This document shows positions 61,444 through 64,000 of a stretch of 64,000 nt of DNA, in pieces. This DNA comes from Alphaproteobacteria bacterium. Its GTDB lineage: Bacteria; Pseudomonadota; Alphaproteobacteria; MPNO01; UBA830. The notes beneath the pieces were generated by a model, which did not search any database, was not told where the DNA came from, and saw only the letters and a program-made list of their open reading frames with translations. The number at the start of each line of letters is the position of its first letter. Position 1 is the first letter of the stretch. Position numbers and translations under genes: made by a program. The stretch lies in the NCBI GenBank assembly GCA_965243135.1, contig OZ251539.1:736001-800000 (forward strand), read 5' to 3'.

Positions 61444-61520
61444 GTGTCGTTGTTCCTGTCGCGGCGGGAAAGTCGGCGAAACGGCTTTCGAACGGCGGGC
61501 GATTGCGTTATCCTGACGAT

Positions 61521-61862
61521 ATGGACAATACACGAAAATTCCGGTCCTTTGCGGATTTCTGGCCCTATTACCTTTCGGAACACGCCAGGCCCGCCACCCG
61601 GGCGACGCATTTCTTCGGAACGGCGGTCGCCATCCTGATGCTGGCGTCGCTGGCGGCGACGGGAGATCTCTGGTTCTTGCTCGCTGCGGCGGTCGGCGGG
61701 TATGGCCCGGCCTGGATCTCGCATCTGTTCATCGAGCGGAACAGGCCCGCCACGTTCAGTTATCCTTTCTGGTCGCTGCTCGGCGATTTCCGAATGTTCT
61801 TCATGGCCTGCTCCGGCCGCCTCGGAGCGGAACTGCAACGCCACCAGATCGCTCCCCGTTGA
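61521..61862 (+). CDS. DUF962/Mpo1-like membrane protein
   Basis: FADFWPYYLSEH..H..GYGPAWISHLFIERNRPATFSYPFWSL. Confidence 0.88.
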   Translation: MDNTRKFRSFADFWPYYLSEHARPATRATHFFGTAVAILMLASLAATGDLWFLLAAAVGGYGPAWISHLFIERNRPATFSYPFWSLLGDFRMFFMACSGRLGAELQRHQIAPR

Positions 61863-62111
61863 GCGGCCCGAAGGATCCGGACGGGACGGGGAAATCCGCC
61901 GCCGGGTCCGCGCGGCCTCGCCGTGCGTGTTGTCTGCCGATTCGCACTTGAGATCCGCGCCGTTCGACCGCGTCGTCCGCTCCTTCGGCATTATTCCGTT
62001 CGCCGAAGTTTTCGGTCTATGGAGTATCGCGGACGCAGCCGTTATCGTCGCCGACAGTCTCCTGCCGGCCCGGCGGAACCGTCGGCGGCTCGATGCGGAG
62101 GTGCACGGCGA

Positions 62112-63209
62112 TTGACGGCAGTACGTAAATTCACCCGCAACAAGCTGAGCATCGGCTTGTTCGGCGCCAATTGCGACGGCGGGCTGGCGTGTTCGACCTT
62201 TCCCGAACGCTGGCGCGCCACTTGGGAGAATTGCCGCGATTTGGCGAGGATGGCGGACGACTCGGGGCTCGACTTCATGCTGCCGCTCGGCCGCTGGATC
62301 GGCTACGGCGGCGAAACGAATCACAACGGGTCGAACTTCGAGACGATCGCCTGGGCCGTCGGCGTGCTGGCGGCGACGAAGCGAATAATGGCGTTCGGCA
62401 CGGTTCACGTGACGGCGCACAGTCCCGTCGTCGCGGCCAAGCAGATCGTCACCGCCGATCACGTCGGCGGCGGGAGGTTCGGGCTGAACGTCGTGTGCGG
62501 CTGGTACCAGAAGGAATTCGACATGCTCGGCGTCGATCTGGCCGAGCACGCCCGGCGTTACGATCTCGGCCAGGAATGGATCGATCTCGTGACGCGGATA
62601 TGGAGCGAGAGCGAACCGTTCGATTTCGACGGCGAGTTCTTCCGGACGAAGGGCACGATTCTCGAGCCGAAACCCGTCGGCGGCGAGCGGCCCATGATCG
62701 TCTGCGCCGGAACCTCGGGGCGCGGGCGCGAGTTCGCGCTGCGCAACGCCGACATGCTCTTCAACGTGTTCTACGAACTGGAGGCCATGCGTTCGGACAA
62801 CGTGGCGCTCCGCGCCGAAGCCGCGAAACTCGGTCGCGAAGTCGGGCTCTTCACCAATATCGGCGTCGTATGCCGTCGCACCCGCAAGGAAGCGGAGGAG
62901 TACCACCGCTACTATGCGGTGGAGCGCGCCGATGTCGAGGCGTGCCGACTGATGATGGTGGAACGCGGCCTCGATCGTCCCGAGGTGCCGGAGGAAACGC
63001 GGCGCCTGTTTCACCTTCGGGCGGCGACCGCGAACGGCGCGACGCCGGTGGTCGGCGACCCCGACGACGTCGCGGCGACGCTTTCGGCGATGGCGGACGC
63101 CGGCTGCGATGCGCTCGCCATGGGGCTGCCGAACTATCTCGACGATCTGCCCCTGTTCGTTCAGGAGGTCCTGCCGCGCCTCGAGGCGCGAGGGCTGCGC
63201 AGGCCCTGA
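62112..63209 (+). CDS. LLM-class (luciferase-like) flavin-dependent monooxygenase
   Basis: LPLGRWIGYGG, GGGRFGLNVVCGW, PKP, AGTSGRGREFA. Confidence 0.9.
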   Translation: MTAVRKFTRNKLSIGLFGANCDGGLACSTFPERWRATWENCRDLARMADDSGLDFMLPLGRWIGYGGETNHNGSNFETIAWAVGVLAATKRIMAFGTVHVTAHSPVVAAKQIVTADHVGGGRFGLNVVCGWYQKEFDMLGVDLAEHARRYDLGQEWIDLVTRIWSESEPFDFDGEFFRTKGTILEPKPVGGERPMIVCAGTSGRGREFALRNADMLFNVFYELEAMRSDNVALRAEAAKLGREVGLFTNIGVVCRRTRKEAEEYHRYYAVERADVEACRLMMVERGLDRPEVPEETRRLFHLRAATANGATPVVGDPDDVAATLSAMADAGCDALAMGLPNYLDDLPLFVQEVLPRLEARGLRRP

Positions 63210-63239
63210 AGGCGCGAATCGCCTCCGGAGAACCGGTAT

Positions 63240-64000
63240 ATGCCATCGAGACTGATCACTTTCGGCCTTACCCTGGCCATTGCCGCGTTGACGGTCTACC
63301 TGCTGGTCACGGGGCGCGACCTTTTGATCCCGTTCGCGATCGCCCTGATGATCTGGTATTTGATCAACGCGTTGTCGCGATTGTTCAAGCGCCACGAGCG
63401 GGTCCCCGGATGGGCGGCGCTCGCTTGCGCGATTCTTACGATACTGGTTGCGCTGGCGCTGATCGTCCAGATCATCAGCGGCAATATCCAGGCGGTCCAG
63501 GAGGCCGCGCCGAACTATCAGGTCAATATCGAGAAACTGCTGTCGGCGGCGATGGGCGTCGTCGGGCTGGAGACGATGCCGACGATCGGCCAGATTCTCG
63601 AGCAGTTCGATATGCGAACCGTCATCGCCGGGGTTGCCGGCGCGGCGGCCAACGTGGCCGGCAGCGCCGGACTCATCGTCATTTACGTCATCTTTCTGTT
63701 GACGGAGCAGCGCACGTTCGACGCGAAACTCAAGGCGTTGTTTCCCGATTCCAGACGCGAGGAAGAGGCGAGGCTGCTCCTCGCGGACATGCAGCGCCGC
63801 ATCCAGACCTACGTTTCGGTGAAGACGTTGCTCAGCCTCGGGACCGGGGCCGCCAGCTACGTCGTTCTCGTCGCCGTCGGGGTCGACCTCGCCGGTTTCT
63901 GGGCCTTTCTGATCTTCCTGCTCAACTACATTCCGACGATCGGGTCGCTCCTCGGCGTGCTGCTTCCGGCGCTGCTCACGATCGTTCAGTTCGGGGAGTT
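63240..64000 (+). CDS. AI-2E family transporter (partial, runs off window)
   Basis: MPSRLITFGL..LIPFAIALMIWYLINAL..FLLNYIPTIGSL. Confidence 0.88.
   Translation, partial: MPSRLITFGLTLAIAALTVYLLVTGRDLLIPFAIALMIWYLINALSRLFKRHERVPGWAALACAILTILVALALIVQIISGNIQAVQEAAPNYQVNIEKLLSAAMGVVGLETMPTIGQILEQFDMRTVIAGVAGAAANVAGSAGLIVIYVIFLLTEQRTFDAKLKALFPDSRREEEARLLLADMQRRIQTYVSVKTLLSLGTGAASYVVLVAVGVDLAGFWAFLIFLLNYIPTIGSLLGVLLPALLTIVQFGE

Overview
GC-rich bacterial window, probably from an alphaproteobacterium (inferred from gene content). Blocks of aromatic-compound catabolism and transport alternate with small accessory or defence inserts. The catabolic backbone has: a TRAP transporter; close homologues of the Sphingobium SYK-6 biphenyl-lignin (DDVA) genes ligZ, ligY and ligXa, with a peptide-type ABC transporter whose binding protein is triplicated; a second Rieske/SDR/cupin/hydrolase/aspartate-dehydrogenase operon; ppc; a divergent GroEL; and a molybdo-hydroxylase large subunit. 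The most notable accessory features are four. (1) Two Type ISP-like nuclease-helicase-methyltransferase genes are each frameshifted exactly at a poly-G tract (G11, G15), which suggests phase variation or homopolymer error. (2) The first of these ends in what looks like the C-terminal half of a DUF3018/MazE-type antitoxin and is coupled (ATGA overlap) to a MazF/PemK toxin, a possible RM-antitoxin fusion. (3) Two integrase-free cassette arrays (21-29.6 kb and 48.5-53.4 kb) have genes separated by degenerate copies of a neighbouring gene's 3' end. (4) A perfect 29-bp inverted repeat sits directly on an ATPase start. No rRNA, tRNA, CRISPR array or transposase was recognised. All family calls come from motif recognition by eye, not database searches.
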